Shown here: in pieces, positions 39,041 through 51,390 of the stretch
Layout of the letters: each line of letters begins with the position of its first letter
How positions within the stretch are numbered: position 1 is the stretch's first letter
Assembly (NCBI RefSeq): GCF_006345805.1
Contig: NC_043001.1
Coordinates: forward strand, 8,060,001 to 8,124,000
Reading direction: 5' to 3'
DNA from: Octopus sinensis
Taxonomy: Eukaryota
Length of the DNA: 64,000 nucleotides
Translations under genes and position numbers: made by a program
Notes under the pieces: model-generated
What the model saw: only the letters and a program-made list of their open reading frames with translations
The model's database searches: none
What the model was told of the DNA's origin: nothing

Positions 39041-39126
39041 TTGGTACGATCGTTTCATACTACATCAGTTTTTTTAATGTTGTAAGTATTACAACAGATT
39101 TAAGATGCTGAGTACTCATCAGCCAA
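39041..39126 (-). ncRNA. Type I hammerhead ribozyme motif (family P4) with extended stem II
   Basis: Minus strand: TTGG-CTGATGA-GTACT...AGTAT-GAA-ACGATCGT-A-CCAA. It has an intact core, palindromic stem III and a GUA triplet, and sits in a (TA)n-bounded tail at ~38908-39240. Confidence 0.8.
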
Positions 39127-40615
39127 TTATAGAGGTTTTCCATTAATACAAACATTTTCAAATCAAGTGGCAACATTATAGAGAGGGTAGATATATAGAC
39201 AAAGATGTAGATTTAAATTTCAAGAACATATGAGGTAGTGGAGTCCCTCAACTGACTGACTAAGATTTGGTTGTTCCAAACTGCTGTAAGGTTGTGAGAG
39301 TGAGGACTAAGTCGAAGGAAGCAATAAAGATGGGTAAAGGGGGTTACAGAGCTCCATAAAAGGAATTCATGTGGAAGACAGCAATTGTCACTACTAAATG
39401 CCAATTTCTACTATTTTTGCTATTTATGGCTTTTAAACTATATGCATATGATAAACAATGTGTAATTTAACGAAGCCATGATGATCCGATACATTTCTAA
39501 GTATAAAAGAGTTTAAACTATAAATACCTTTCAATGTACAATTTAAAGGGTAACTTTATGTAAAGGTAATTTGGAACAATGAACTAAACACGTTGTAATA
39601 TTTGCTGTTTGTTTTATGTGTTTCGAAATATCCGTCTATTATACATTGAAAATTTACTATAAAATATGTAAGCATTATATACACCGACTTTCAATTCAAT
39701 TGTCTGGATTAGTCTAACATTGTCGCGTATTTCGTTATAAAAATGGAAATATACGATCTCGTTTTATGTGAATTTGTATAAGTTTAGTTTGAAAGAAAAG
39801 AAGACACCAACAAAATAAACTTCACCAGCCAATGACACAGGGGGTCCTTTATAGATCAAATGATGTGTTCTGACAGGAACATTTACGGCAATATTAATGT
39901 AATAAAAATGCCTATACTTAAGATGCATTATATGGAAGCAATAACAAAAAATATCCGTACTTGATGAAATTATGCTGCAGCGCCTGTCGACATAACAACT
40001 GGCATTAGTCAATCAAAACTGACATCCCGTTCTCCTTAATAGCAACCATTTAAATGTCATATACAAAATTTATAAGACAAGTGAAACCCTGGGAATACTT
40101 TATCAGAAAGGGAAGATTTCGACATCTCAGCACTTTTTTTGCTAGTATGAGATGATTATTATCTGTAAAGCTTTGTAGATTTTGTTATTATTGCTAAAGA
40201 TTTATCGCAAAGAAGTTATTGAGATGTATGTGCCGAACACTCAAAATGGAATCTATTTAATATGCAGAATATTGGCTGCCACATGTCACTTGATTTAAGG
40301 ATTCGCCTTCGACAGTTAATCTACGTCAAAATGTTAACGAATACATGCTACTTTTAGGTAGGTTACGCATTAAAGAGATGTCCTCTACGTTGGTTCAATC
40401 ATAGCTAAGGGGTTAGTGATGCAGTTCTGGAACAAATTTTGGTCATAGATATATTTGAAGATATGGCTTTATATATGATTTCTATCGGCTTTTCTTAAGT
40501 TTCTGCAGACACAGGGAAGGAAAAAAAGAAAAGGAGGAGGAGAAGAAGAAGAATGCGGGAGTGCCATGATAGTAGTAAGATGTTAAATGTTCAAGTGCCC
40601 TGAAAGTGAGTTCTG

Positions 40616-40720
40616 CTTCTTCTTCTTCTTCTTCTTCTTCTTCTTCTTCTTCTTCTTCTTCTTCTTCTTCTTCTTCTTCTTCTTCTTCGTCTTCTTCTTC
40701 TTCTTCTCTTCTTCTTCTTC
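40616..40720. repeat. (TTC)n microsatellite
   Basis: Direct reading; a second shorter tract lies at ~40910-40945. Confidence 0.95.
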
Positions 40721-40914
40721 CTAGCTTTGCCACTATTGTTGTTTAGAATAACACCTACGCGAATCTTATAAACAAAATATTCAAGAGATGTCTCAAGAAT
40801 CCAATCACTACTACATCCACACGTCACTTGCAGGTCACTTGACCATTTACCATCTCACTACTATCATTGTACCCTTGCATTCTTCTCCTCCTTCTCCTCC
40901 TTTTACGTTTTCTT

Positions 40915-40945
<31 letters not shown>

Positions 40946-43900
40946 TCTCCTTCTTCTTTCCTGCCAAGAATTCACAATGTCCTCGAGCCCACAAGACTAA
41001 ACAAGAGGGACAGAGACAGGCCGAACCCAGGAAAATGCCCATTATGTTTGAATGCTATACAAATATTCTTTTTAAAATCTTTTCTTTGAATGTTTCCAAA
41101 ATACAATTGTCTTCCATACTTACAGTTGAAAATGTCTCAATGACTGAATCCGGTACTGAAACGCTTTATGAAATTATTTTAGCATTTTCTAATATATATA
41201 TATGGATGGAAAGATGGACAAATGGATAAAAAGATGGATAGTATAAAAGACACATAGATAGATAGATATGGAAAATGCAATGCATTTTTTTGAGTGTACG
41301 TTGTTATCGACTTATAGATTAGTCTCATTATATATACGGATGTTTTTAAGTGCCACTGTATATGAGAGAGAGAGGGAGAGAGAGAGAATAAGGGAGTGAG
41401 TGAGCATATGCTTGCACTTGTATTTGGGTCTGAGGATGTTTTCATTTGCTTTGATTATGATTGTGTTTAACACATTTATATTTGGGTAAATGCTCCCTAA
41501 TTTGCACATATTTTCATACATTAAGAACTGTATTTAAATAAATTTGTATTCAATGTCCAAATTCTATAATGTATATTAATATCGTGTAATATACTTCATG
41601 TATTTGATAAATGGGCAATGTAATGTACCATTATGTTATTCGCTAAAAGTTATATAGAAACGTGCATACATATATTTTTTCTTTATATTGTTTAATTTCT
41701 TTTCATAATTTAATATGATCTGCGGATAAATTTTTTTAGATTGATACAAAACGATTTTACTTATGCAATTTCATAATCAAAGATTTATATCTGGCAGTAA
41801 TTTATACCCCAGCGAAAGTGTATTGAAATTATGTAGTATGCATTATGAATATAATGTGAAAAAGTTTTAAAATTTTATATTCAATTTTGTCCACTTAAAC
41901 ACAATGCAAATAAAGTAATGCATTAATTCTTTAAAACGTAAACAATTTAGTTACAACACTAATCCACGTGAATATTTAAATTTTATTAATCAAACTATTA
42001 CAAATCGATCGGGGCATAAATAATAGAATTATAGAGAACTTAAATTTAAAAGTGCAACCTTTTATATCGAGAGGTTTTCAATTTACCATAGAAACATTGT
42101 GGCATCTTGCTAAACTGTGTGTATGCGTTTTTACTTCTCTAAAACAATGACATTAATACATACGATTACGCGATTTACTACAGGTTTTTAAGTACACACG
42201 TTTTCAAGTACACACGTTTTCAAGTACGCATGTTATGGGAAGTACTTTCAAGCACTAATATCCACCTCAATAGTTTACGTCCATTACATAATTAATCGGG
42301 AATATGCAATTATTCAACTATGAAATCGTTTTGCAAACGGGCAATATTTCAACTTCCTCTTCCTCCATTTTTATTATATATACTTCTTTTTCTTTTGCAC
42401 CAAAATCTCAGAGAATTTTATAATAATTACGAAATCTTCAAAATAATTGGAAAACCGTTCTACATCTATTTATACTTAATTTAATATTTTTACAATTTCA
42501 GTACGATAGCTTATTATTGATCATCTCTCTCTGATTTTAAAAGAGCCTTGAATTCACAACCTGCTTACTAGATGTAGTGGTGTCGTATCTGTGCAGAATG
42601 CCTCCATGATCTGAAGATAGAATTAAAATTAACATTTTCCTGATTATATAAATTTATATTCTGCTTGTGACAATCGTATTGGAATCTTTATAATGAACAA
42701 CATATCGTCTTGTCGTATATTTTTATGATTTCGCTCTGATAAAAGAACCTGCCCTTGACCCACTACAGAATCTCCAAGCAGTAAAACTTGCTAAACATAT
42801 ATAATAGATTGGTAAATGATTTTAACAGTTTGGAATTCACTATATACACGTGAGATAAAAAGAAAATGTGATATGTGTTAAAGCCGGAGAATATTTCTCT
42901 TTTTCAACAAAACATGAGTTTGATATAGTTCTTATGCTTGATGTGTAAAAATGTATCATTACTACTGATATATATATATAATGTAAATAATGCATAATTT
43001 CTCATCTCTTAAATATAGAACTATATTAACTGAATTAGCCATTGGATAACACATTTCTCCAAACTTTTGCTATATTCTATGTAAATGTAAATTCAAAGTT
43101 TATGCGTTAATATTAACCCCATCTCTCGACCATCCCCTAGAAACAACTTTTTGTCATGAATGTATTTTATTTTTCCAAAATATCCTTCATAACCGATTGT
43201 ATTATTTTAATCTATTATATATTTACTGTTTAGTAAAATTGTGCGTTTTTAAACTACAAATTTTGCTAACAATGTCAACATTTTCTTCTGTTCTTTTAAC
43301 AGTTTCATTTATTACAATTTTTAACTTAGTTGTAACTGACCTATTGCTATATTATTGATATTGATGTATATTATGTAGTCATATATATCAATATTTTAAC
43401 GTATTCCAAAGATAAAATTATTTTAAGTCTACTAACTAATATTTCATATGTTTTGAAGTTTTCTGAAATTATATAAATAATGGCATACTAAACCACTCAC
43501 ATTTGTTTTGACTGTATTTTGATATTCATAACGCACGGGTTTAGATATGAAATTCAGTCGTTCGCCATGGTCTATCATTTTGCTGTCAACTCCACTGAAT
43601 ATAAATTTATTATTAAATTGTGTCGCCAAAACTGTATAAGTAGTTGTTTATATCATATATTGCCATTAATCAGTATAAATAACATATGGTTTAACCCCCC
43701 CCCATAACTTTCAATTTACATATGAATTACAATGCTAAATTATTTTGATATCAGTTTCTAATTAAAAAAATTAATCGAATATGTAAGTTAATAATACCGC
43801 CTATATTTCTAATGAATATTTCAATATATTACATTTCTTAAGATGTAACAAAATAGCCAATATTCATTTTCTAATATCACATTTCTGATGGTATGTTTTA

Positions 43901-44359
43901 AAATATATTGTCTCTGTCTTAAAAAATATATAGTGTTTGGCTTTAAAATTCCGACAATAGTTAAAATTCATCCTTTAGTCTAATGCTTGTCTTTTCCTTC
44001 AAAAAGCAATTTCGATACAACTTTCACCACATTTAAAATGATTTCCTCCCAATAACCGTTTATAGAAGCCATACCCGACATGAGAAGTCCTAATATTTAT
44101 GCCTTATGAGATTGTGATCGTGAATACCACAGCCGGTGTATCTTCTTATAGCTTGTTTCCCAAACTTCATATGTTATAAAACATCTAAAAGATACTATCG
44201 AATGTTTTTTTTTTCTTTATTAAAAGTGTTTGTGTTAACGTCAGCTTCTCTTCAATTGGCTTGCATGCATATCGTTATTTTCAATGAAGAACTCAATACA
44301 TTTCAAACGACACTTACAAAAGAAATAAATCTAAACATATAATACTAATATATTAAATA

Positions 44360-44871
44360 CTAGCAGTATCGCCCGGCGTTGCTCGGGTTTGTAAGGGAAA
44401 TAACTATATAAGCATTTTTAGAGAGTTACTTCCCTTATAGATGCCAATTTGGGCTTTCTTAGCCATTTCTGTTTTGGTGTCTTCAAGCCATGAAGTCGTT
44501 GTTCTAAAAGAACGCTGGTCTCCTTGACAACGCTTTACGACGTTAATTTCCTTACACTCCCTTCCCCACAGCTTCACGAGGGAGGGAAGAAGGGAGAGAA
44601 GCAAACAGGTGCAGGTGTGAGCGTGGACGCCAACTCCGCCTCCATCGACACACGAAAAATTATGCATTAAAATGGAATAAAAAATGATATTAAATTATTT
44701 TTAAATCGTAGACTTATCGTAGACGCGCGCTAATACTCAGACGGGCTGGATATGAATCACGACTATATGATACCCGAATTTGGTTAAACTGCACCGCAAA
44801 ATGTGGGAGTAGTTAGGAATCTAAATCGAAGTGGACAGACACTCACCCAACTACAGTTTTATATATATAGA
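44360..44871 (-). mobile_element. Non-autonomous Helitron (copy 1)
   Basis: The minus strand starts TC and ends with hairpin CCCG-AGCAACGC-CGGG then CTAG. It sits between A and T with no TSD, and its ends are shared with 63614-63911. Confidence 0.85.
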
Positions 44872-44929
44872 TATAATGCTTAATATTGTAAACTAAATTA
44901 TATCCCTGTTCATTCTTCCGCAATAGACA

Positions 44930-44967
44930 GGTGCAGGAGTGGTTGAGTGGTAAGTAGCTTGATTACC
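44930..44967 (+). mobile_element. SINE family A head, 5' piece (interrupted)
   Basis: GGTGCAGGAGTGGTTGAGTGGTAAGTAGCTTGATTACC; the SINE resumes at 46432. Confidence 0.85.
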
Positions 44968-46431
44968 TAGAATGCAACACTAGTTGGTCTGGACTGTTAC
45001 AGTTAGAAGATGTGAGTTTCGGCTCCGTGAATAGAAAAAAAGAGCAAAGAGAAAAATTGTCAATTATGGCTCGCTATAGCGAGCAAAATACTGGGTTTTC
45101 ATCAACGTAACGGTGAATTGAGAATTTTTGTTTGAAAATTCTTTTTGTAAATTCTAGTGGGCGTATCTCGCCAGAAAAATAAGAATAAGCCATTTCGATT
45201 ACCTTTTTGGATTACCTTTTTGGAGTATTATACAAAGGATTTCCTGTATGTGCTATTTGTGAGGTTTTTCTTTTACTTTTCCCTTCTATTTTTTCTTTCT
45301 TTCTAAATTTTGGTTAATCTTTTCATTACTTTAATTTCATTTTCGTCACCTCCTCTTTTATTTTGTTTTATTTTTATTAGGTTTAATTTTTTGGCAGACT
45401 GTCTCTTCAACTACTTTTACACTGTTTTTTGACATGGCAGAGAAGGAACTTAAAAAGAAAAACTCTGTCTTAGAGTGGAAAATTAGCCCGCCAATCAGTG
45501 GTTAATAGATATGGAGGATAAGACGATGGAGAGGTGGATGTGGTCGAGGAGGCTTCAGCCTCCTCAACTAAAATATGATTAAAAAGGAAGAAAGCGGGCA
45601 ACAATAATTGCCTGCCGAAGGAACCTAAGGCTTCGGAAGGCGGGGGAGAGTCTCCGGACAAAGCGGAAGAGCTCCACTCTCCCGACGTCAGGAAGAAAAG
45701 AAAAAAAAGAAGGAAGAAGAACGGGTCATCTCTGCAGGGAGATGATGTGCCGACTGCATGTCCCGAAGTTGTGCCACCCACGATGGAAGAAACCACCCCC
45801 ACCCTTAAAGATGATCAATTAATTATCTTTTTCTATAGGGTGGGGAGGTGGAAAATAGTAAAAGAACATAAAGAGACAGTAGATATGCCCTTCACACGGT
45901 ATCCCGAATGGCCTCCGCAGATAGCTGTGGAGGTCATAAGGTTTCCCTTGTGGGGAAGGCCTAAAGGATTTGGGGAGGAGTGTCGCATATGGCCGGGTGG
46001 CCCTTACACAACTTACATGTCCTACATGAGTGAGGCATGGGAAATGGCGAGATACAGGAACTCAAGCGGAATTGAAGATAATAATGAATATATCGAAGAG
46101 TAGGAGGTGAAAGACATTCGTTACAGGGTTTGAAACCTCATTTTATTGTACTATTTTGTAGTGGTTTATAACCTCAATTTTGTCTTTTAAGAAATAAAAA
46201 AGAAAATATGTTAAGTATGAGATTTTAGTGCCTCCTTCTTGAAAGAGGTTTGAAACCTCATATTGATTTTTTAAAAAAGAAAATATGTTTTCCGGAAAAA
46301 TCCAATCGGTGGGTGTTGGGTTGCGTCTCTCATTTATTCATTATAATTCATTTTCATTCATTAATGTGTTTGTCCAGCCCGCAAAGCTACACACTCTTTG
46401 TACTGTCTATGATGACAAATTTTATGAAATA
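44968..46431 (+). mobile_element. 1.46 kb insertion with 16-bp TSD carrying a decayed orphan ORF (~45434-46103)
   Basis: Perfect direct repeat AAGTAGCTTGATTACC at 44952-44967 and 46432-46447. The element ends in AATAAA. The ORF of ~220 codons has one frameshift and two stops, and no RT or EN motif. Confidence 0.8.
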
Positions 46432-46812
46432 AAGTAGCTTGATTACCAACCACATGGTTCCGAGTTCAGTCTCACAGCGTGGCACCTTGTGCAAGTGTCT
46501 TCTACTATAGCTTCGGGCCGACCAAAGCCTTTGTGAGTAGATTTGGTAGACAGAAACTGAAAGAAGCCCGTCGTATGTATATAAATATATGTGTGTGTGT
46601 GTTTGCGTATCTTTGTTTGTCCCCCCTAGCATTGCTTGACATATAATGCTGGTGTGTTTACGTCCCCGTAACATAGCAGTTTGGCAAAAAACGACCGATA
46701 GTATAAATACTAGGCTTACAAAGAATAAGTCCTGGGATCGATATGCTCGTCTAAATGGCGGTGCTCCAGCAAGGACGCAGTCAAATGACTGAAACGAATA
46801 AAAGAATAAAAG
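46432..46812 (+). mobile_element. SINE family A, remainder of the interrupted copy
   Basis: Collinear with 50992-51390. Confidence 0.9.
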
Positions 46813-47204
46813 TCTATATGATAAAATGTACTGATGCAAAATTCAAATCCATATACTAGATGGTGTGGCCTGCGTTAAGTTCATTAATATTCTATGCAAC
46901 CTACAGACAGGATATAAGTGTTTATTATTATACTGTGTATATAAGGTATCCGCCATCTTTTTGAGGGTGAAAATTATTTTCGTTAAATATTCACAGTACA
47001 GAGAACACTTTCTACTATTTACAGTAAGCATCAATCGAATGTAGCAAGTTGCTTGCTTTAGTTTCACTAGTTTGGTGAAAATATATCATAGTATCTACTG
47101 TCTTTGGATGATGGGAATGATATATTTTAAACAGATATCATTTAGTCTCTGAGATATTTTCAGAGAAGATGGCGCCTAGCAGATGTTACACTAAGGATGT
47201 CAAT

Positions 47205-47622
47205 ACAGTTCTATATTTAAGAGATGAGGAATTATATTCATTATTTTCGTTATTTACAATATTTATATTTGACGGATATTAACGACAAACAAGATCAGGA
47301 CAAAATCCGTGAAATGTAAATAATATAAATAACGTAAGAATGTCAATGTCTTAATTGTCCGAATTCCGTCATGTACGAACATATAACTATGATTTTAAAG
47401 TTCTATATTTAAGAGACGAGGAATTATGTACAATATTTACAGTATTTACATTTGACGAATATTTGTCCTCAACTTGTTTGTTGTTAACACAACGTTTGGG
47501 CTGATATACCCTCCAGCCTTGATCATGATGAAGGCAGGAGGGTATATCAGCCGAAACGTCGTGTTAACAACAAACAAGTTGAGGACAAATATCCGTCAAA
47601 TGTAGATAATATAAATAATGTA
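47205..47622. mobile_element. Two adjacent head-to-head palindromes of family P1 termini
   Basis: The main palindrome is centred at 47525/47526 (CCTTGATCA|TGATGAAGG) with ~95-bp arms. A smaller, deleted inverted pair lies at 47205-47335. Confidence 0.85.
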
Positions 47623-48481
47623 AAAGTGTGATTTGTTATAGAATTTTCATGTCAAATTCTTTTGTAGAATGGCAGCATGCACAAAATATGAAAAACATAT
47701 ATCTAAAGAGATTTAACATTATGTAAGTTTCGTGGAGTGTTTGTTGTCGTAACATGAACCAGCCACTAATATTGTCGATCAAATGTTTTCTGTTTCCTCA
47801 GCCCAATGCGCACCACACACACACACACAGAATGCATTTTAGATTGTGATGTTTACTAAGTAAATTTATTGTTCGTTATTAATCCTACTCGTATCCAATT
47901 TTTCGCTGACAAATTACAAACATTATAAGGATATGCCTCGGTACCTTACCGCTAGCATATGTATAAACAAAAATTGAAAACAATAAGAATTCCACATTAT
48001 TTCTAACATCAGCATTGATGCTGGGTGATTACCCGCTGACAAAATAACAAGCGTATCATATACTCAAATGCTATATAAATTTCCAGTAATGATATTTCTT
48101 TCAGTCTATCAGCCCAAACAAAGTGCGATAATAAATCAAAATATAGAAACACTTTTGTGATTGTCTAATTACGAAATCGTTGTAAATATCAGAGAATACA
48201 TACAAGATGGAAATAATCTCTTTGGAGTGTGCATCAAGAATAATTTCAGTTTGAAATAAAGGATTATCATGCTTTTGTTACAGTAATCATATATTCTGTG
48301 ATTTATGATCGTGGTAAACGCTTTAAATACTGTAAGACACCAATTTGTAACTTGAGGTGCCTCTTGTAAATGTAACTTTCATTAGTCCTCGTAAACCTGC
48401 AAGTGTTGTATTACTCCTTCGCCTTCTAATAGTGGTGCGTTTTAAAAATTAACGTTGAACATATATTAAATAATAAAAATA

Positions 48482-48729
48482 AATGCACCCCTTTAAAGCC
48501 TAGCCAGGCTCATGGGCCCGGTTTCCCAGTTTCAAAGGCGTATGTGCTCCCCAGCTGAACGGGACACCAGTCCATCGAAGCGTTACTCATTTTCGCCAAC
48601 TGAGTGGTTTGGAGCAACGTGAAATGAGGTGTTTTGCTCAAGAACACAACGCGTCGCCCGGTCCAGGAATCGAAACCACAATCTTACGATCATGATGCTG
48701 ACACCCTAACCACTAAGCCACGCGCCTCC
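48482..48729 (-). mobile_element. tRNA-derived SINE family D (CORE-like plus V-like domains)
   Basis: Minus strand: GGAGGCGCGTGGCTTAGTGGTTAGGG...GGTTTCGATTCC...GTGTTCTTGAGCAAAACAC...CGATGGACTGGTGTCCCGTTCAG. Confidence 0.75.
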
Positions 48730-48994
48730 ACTGGAACATATATTACGGAACATATATTATGCGACGAGTTTATGTCATTAATTTTATCTTTTTTTCACAT
48801 ATGTGTGAAAATAAAATGGCGATGTTATTGACTGAAATTTGTTTTTATATTGATGGTTTGTCTGGCATTCGTTGAGCAATTTCTCTGCAAGTTGTTTAAA
48901 TGCTATGATAACATTCTTCTTTTGTTGTTATTTTCGATATTATTTTGTGATGAATTCATAGCTACATCACAATGCTACTTTAACATTAGAAGTA

Positions 48995-49330
48995 AATTGA
49001 TGGGACGCTGGCAACGGGTAGTGTCAGAGCTATGCCGTCGGGATCTTCGGTTCCTGGTAGGGCCACCCAAGGCGGATTGGTCTGACACCGAGTGGTATTA
49101 GGGCCATAACACGGCAGACGGTGAAAATCCTCGGTGTGTCTGCTTCGGCAACCTGCGGCCCCTCGGTCGTTCTGTCCCTGCGTATGCGGACAATCTGCAG
49201 CAAACAGGATGTCTCCACATGCGGGATTGTTGGGGACCGCCTGTGAAATCCACATATTCCCATGAAACTACTTCCATGAATAGAAGAAGTCCGCTCAACC
49301 CACCCAGGGTGAATGTCGCGACACGTACAA
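48995..49330 (+). mobile_element. RTE-type LINE 5' UTR-like fragment
   Basis: GC-rich island containing AGAGCTATGCCG...CCTGGTAGGGCCACCCAAGGCGG, resembling the RTE leader motif. Confidence 0.55.
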
Positions 49331-50056
49331 GTATGTACATGGGAATGGCTTGAAACAATCTAACACAAACAGGCATTATTTTGTAAATGCTTATGGGATA
49401 TTTTCGTGAGCTCCAACCCCGAGAAAATATTGAGAACACGCTGTCTGACAAATGTGTTATAGAGTTTCTCCAGTGAATCGACATCTATAGAGAGGCTGTA
49501 TTTAGTCAATTGAAAAATAAATCACATTCTTTAATCCGTTTCGATCGGATATCGCCGCAAGCCATCAGTTGCAGGGCTGCAAATTACAATTAATCTCAGC
49601 TTCATCTTTCCTCCCTCACACTACTTACGTGTCAGTACTTGTGGGTGTTTGCTTGTGTGTGTGTGTGTGTGTGTGTGAGTGAGTGTGTATGTATGTGTAT
49701 GTGCAAGAGCGTGCCCGTATGGACATGCAGTCAGCCGTCAGAAGTGACGTAACGGTTTCTATGATTGAAATTTCGCAGAAGTGCTTGCTTACAACAGAAA
49801 TGTGTAAACCAGCAAAATAATATTAATACGTGGGGTATTTTTATGTAACTCTTTCCCTTCTAGGAATAAGCAATGCTATCTACAACTCAATGAAATCCTA
49901 AACGCATGACATTTTTAAAGACTTTATGCATGATTCAAATGTGAGGGACCAGATTACTAAGATGAGCAGAAACGCTTTCTTCGTTACGTAACTGCACTAT
50001 CCAGCTGGCCAGGGATTAAACTGCAACATTAGAAATCTGTATTAGACTTCTACATT

Positions 50057-50355
50057 TATTCATATTAATCATTATTCATTATTCATATTAATTATTCATT
50101 ATTCATTATTCATTATTCATATTAATTATTCATTATTCATTATTCATATTAATTATTCAGTATTCATTATTCATTATTCATTGTTCATTATTCATATTAA
50201 TTATTCATTATTCATTATTCATTATTATATTATTATTATATCATTATTCATTATTCATTATTCATTATTCATTATTATTCATTACTATTATTCATTACTA
50301 TTCATTATAATTCATTATTCATTATACATTATTCATATTAATCATATTAATCATT
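50057..50355. repeat. (TTCATTA)n heptamer minisatellite
   Basis: Direct reading; it explains ORF 50181-50369. Confidence 0.9.
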
Positions 50356-50639
50356 TCAACTTCGTATGAGATTAGAGATATGTAAGCGCCTTGTCAACCA
50401 CGTGATTTCGCTTTGGTTTTCTCGAATCGCACCAGAAAACTTTCTATTACGAGCTTGGTTAAATACAATACACTCTGAAGCGTTTTTATGAATATAAACA
50501 TATAGGAAACACTGACAGGTGCGAAATCAGAAATATAAGGTCGATGCTTGACATGCATCCGGCGGCAGGCAAAAGTTTATACAATGGGGCATGACATCCT
50601 TCTTTCTGTTCGCACACAGTGTCGGGTTGACAGTCATGT

Positions 50640-50900
50640 GGAAGTGAGTTCGGTTCCCGGCCCGGGATGTGAGTTGTATTCTTGAGCTAGACACTTTATT
50701 TTCTGTTCTTCAGTTCACTCAACTGTAAAAATGAGTTGCGACGTCAGTGGGGCCAGGTTGTATCGGCCTTTCCTTTTCCGTTCGAGAACATTAGTGATGT
50801 AGATAGAGGAGGCAGGCATGCATGACCGACTGCTGGTCTTCCATAAAACAAAACAAAAAACCTTGCCCGGCGAGAAGCTTTCTTGTTGCAGTCACATAGC
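50640..50900 (+). mobile_element. Diverged CORE-like SINE
   Basis: B-box-like GAGTTCGGTTCC, then GTATTCTTGAGCTAGACACTT...CACTCAACTGTAAAAATGAGT. Confidence 0.55.
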
Positions 50901-50991
50901 TATTTAAGAACTAAGAGTCTCTTTACTTGTTAGCCTATTTCCTTCAGTTTTGTGTTCCAATTTAGGTATTTTAAGTAGATTTCTATACATA

Positions 50992-51390
50992 GGCGCAGGA
51001 TTGGCTGTGTGGTAAGTAGCTTGCTAACTAACCACATGGTTCCGGGTTCAGTCCCACTGCGTGGCATCTTGGGCAAGTGTCTTCTGCTATAGCCCCGGGC
51101 CAACCAATGCTTTGTGAGTGGATTTGGTAGACGGAAACTGAAAGAAGCCTGTCGTATATATGTATATATATGTATGTGTGTGTGTTTGTGTGTCTGTGTT
51201 TGTCCCCCCAGCATTGCTTGACAATCGATGCTGGTGTGTTTACGTCCCCGTCACTTAGCGGTTCGGCAAAAAGAGACCGATAGAATAAGTACTAGGCTTA
51301 CAAAGAATAAGTCCCGGGGTCGATTAGCTCGACTAAAGGCGGTGCTCCAGCATGGCCGCAGTCAAATGTCTGAAACAAGTAAAAGAAAAA
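50992..51390 (+). mobile_element. tRNA-derived SINE family A, full length
   Basis: A box TGGCTGTGTGG, B box GGTTCAGTCCC, CORE-like CTTGGGCAAG, internal (TA/TG)n and an A-rich tail. Multiple copies occur in the window. Confidence 0.92.

Noticed and set aside
42186-42230. Three copies of a ~16-bp unit (TTTTCAAGTACACACG)
   Set aside because: An ordinary short slippage repeat with no evidence of function.
50992-51060. tRNA gene candidates at SINE heads (also 9453, 48729, 53800, 54616)
   Set aside because: They have A and B boxes but no complete cloverleaf, and they continue into repeated SINE bodies.
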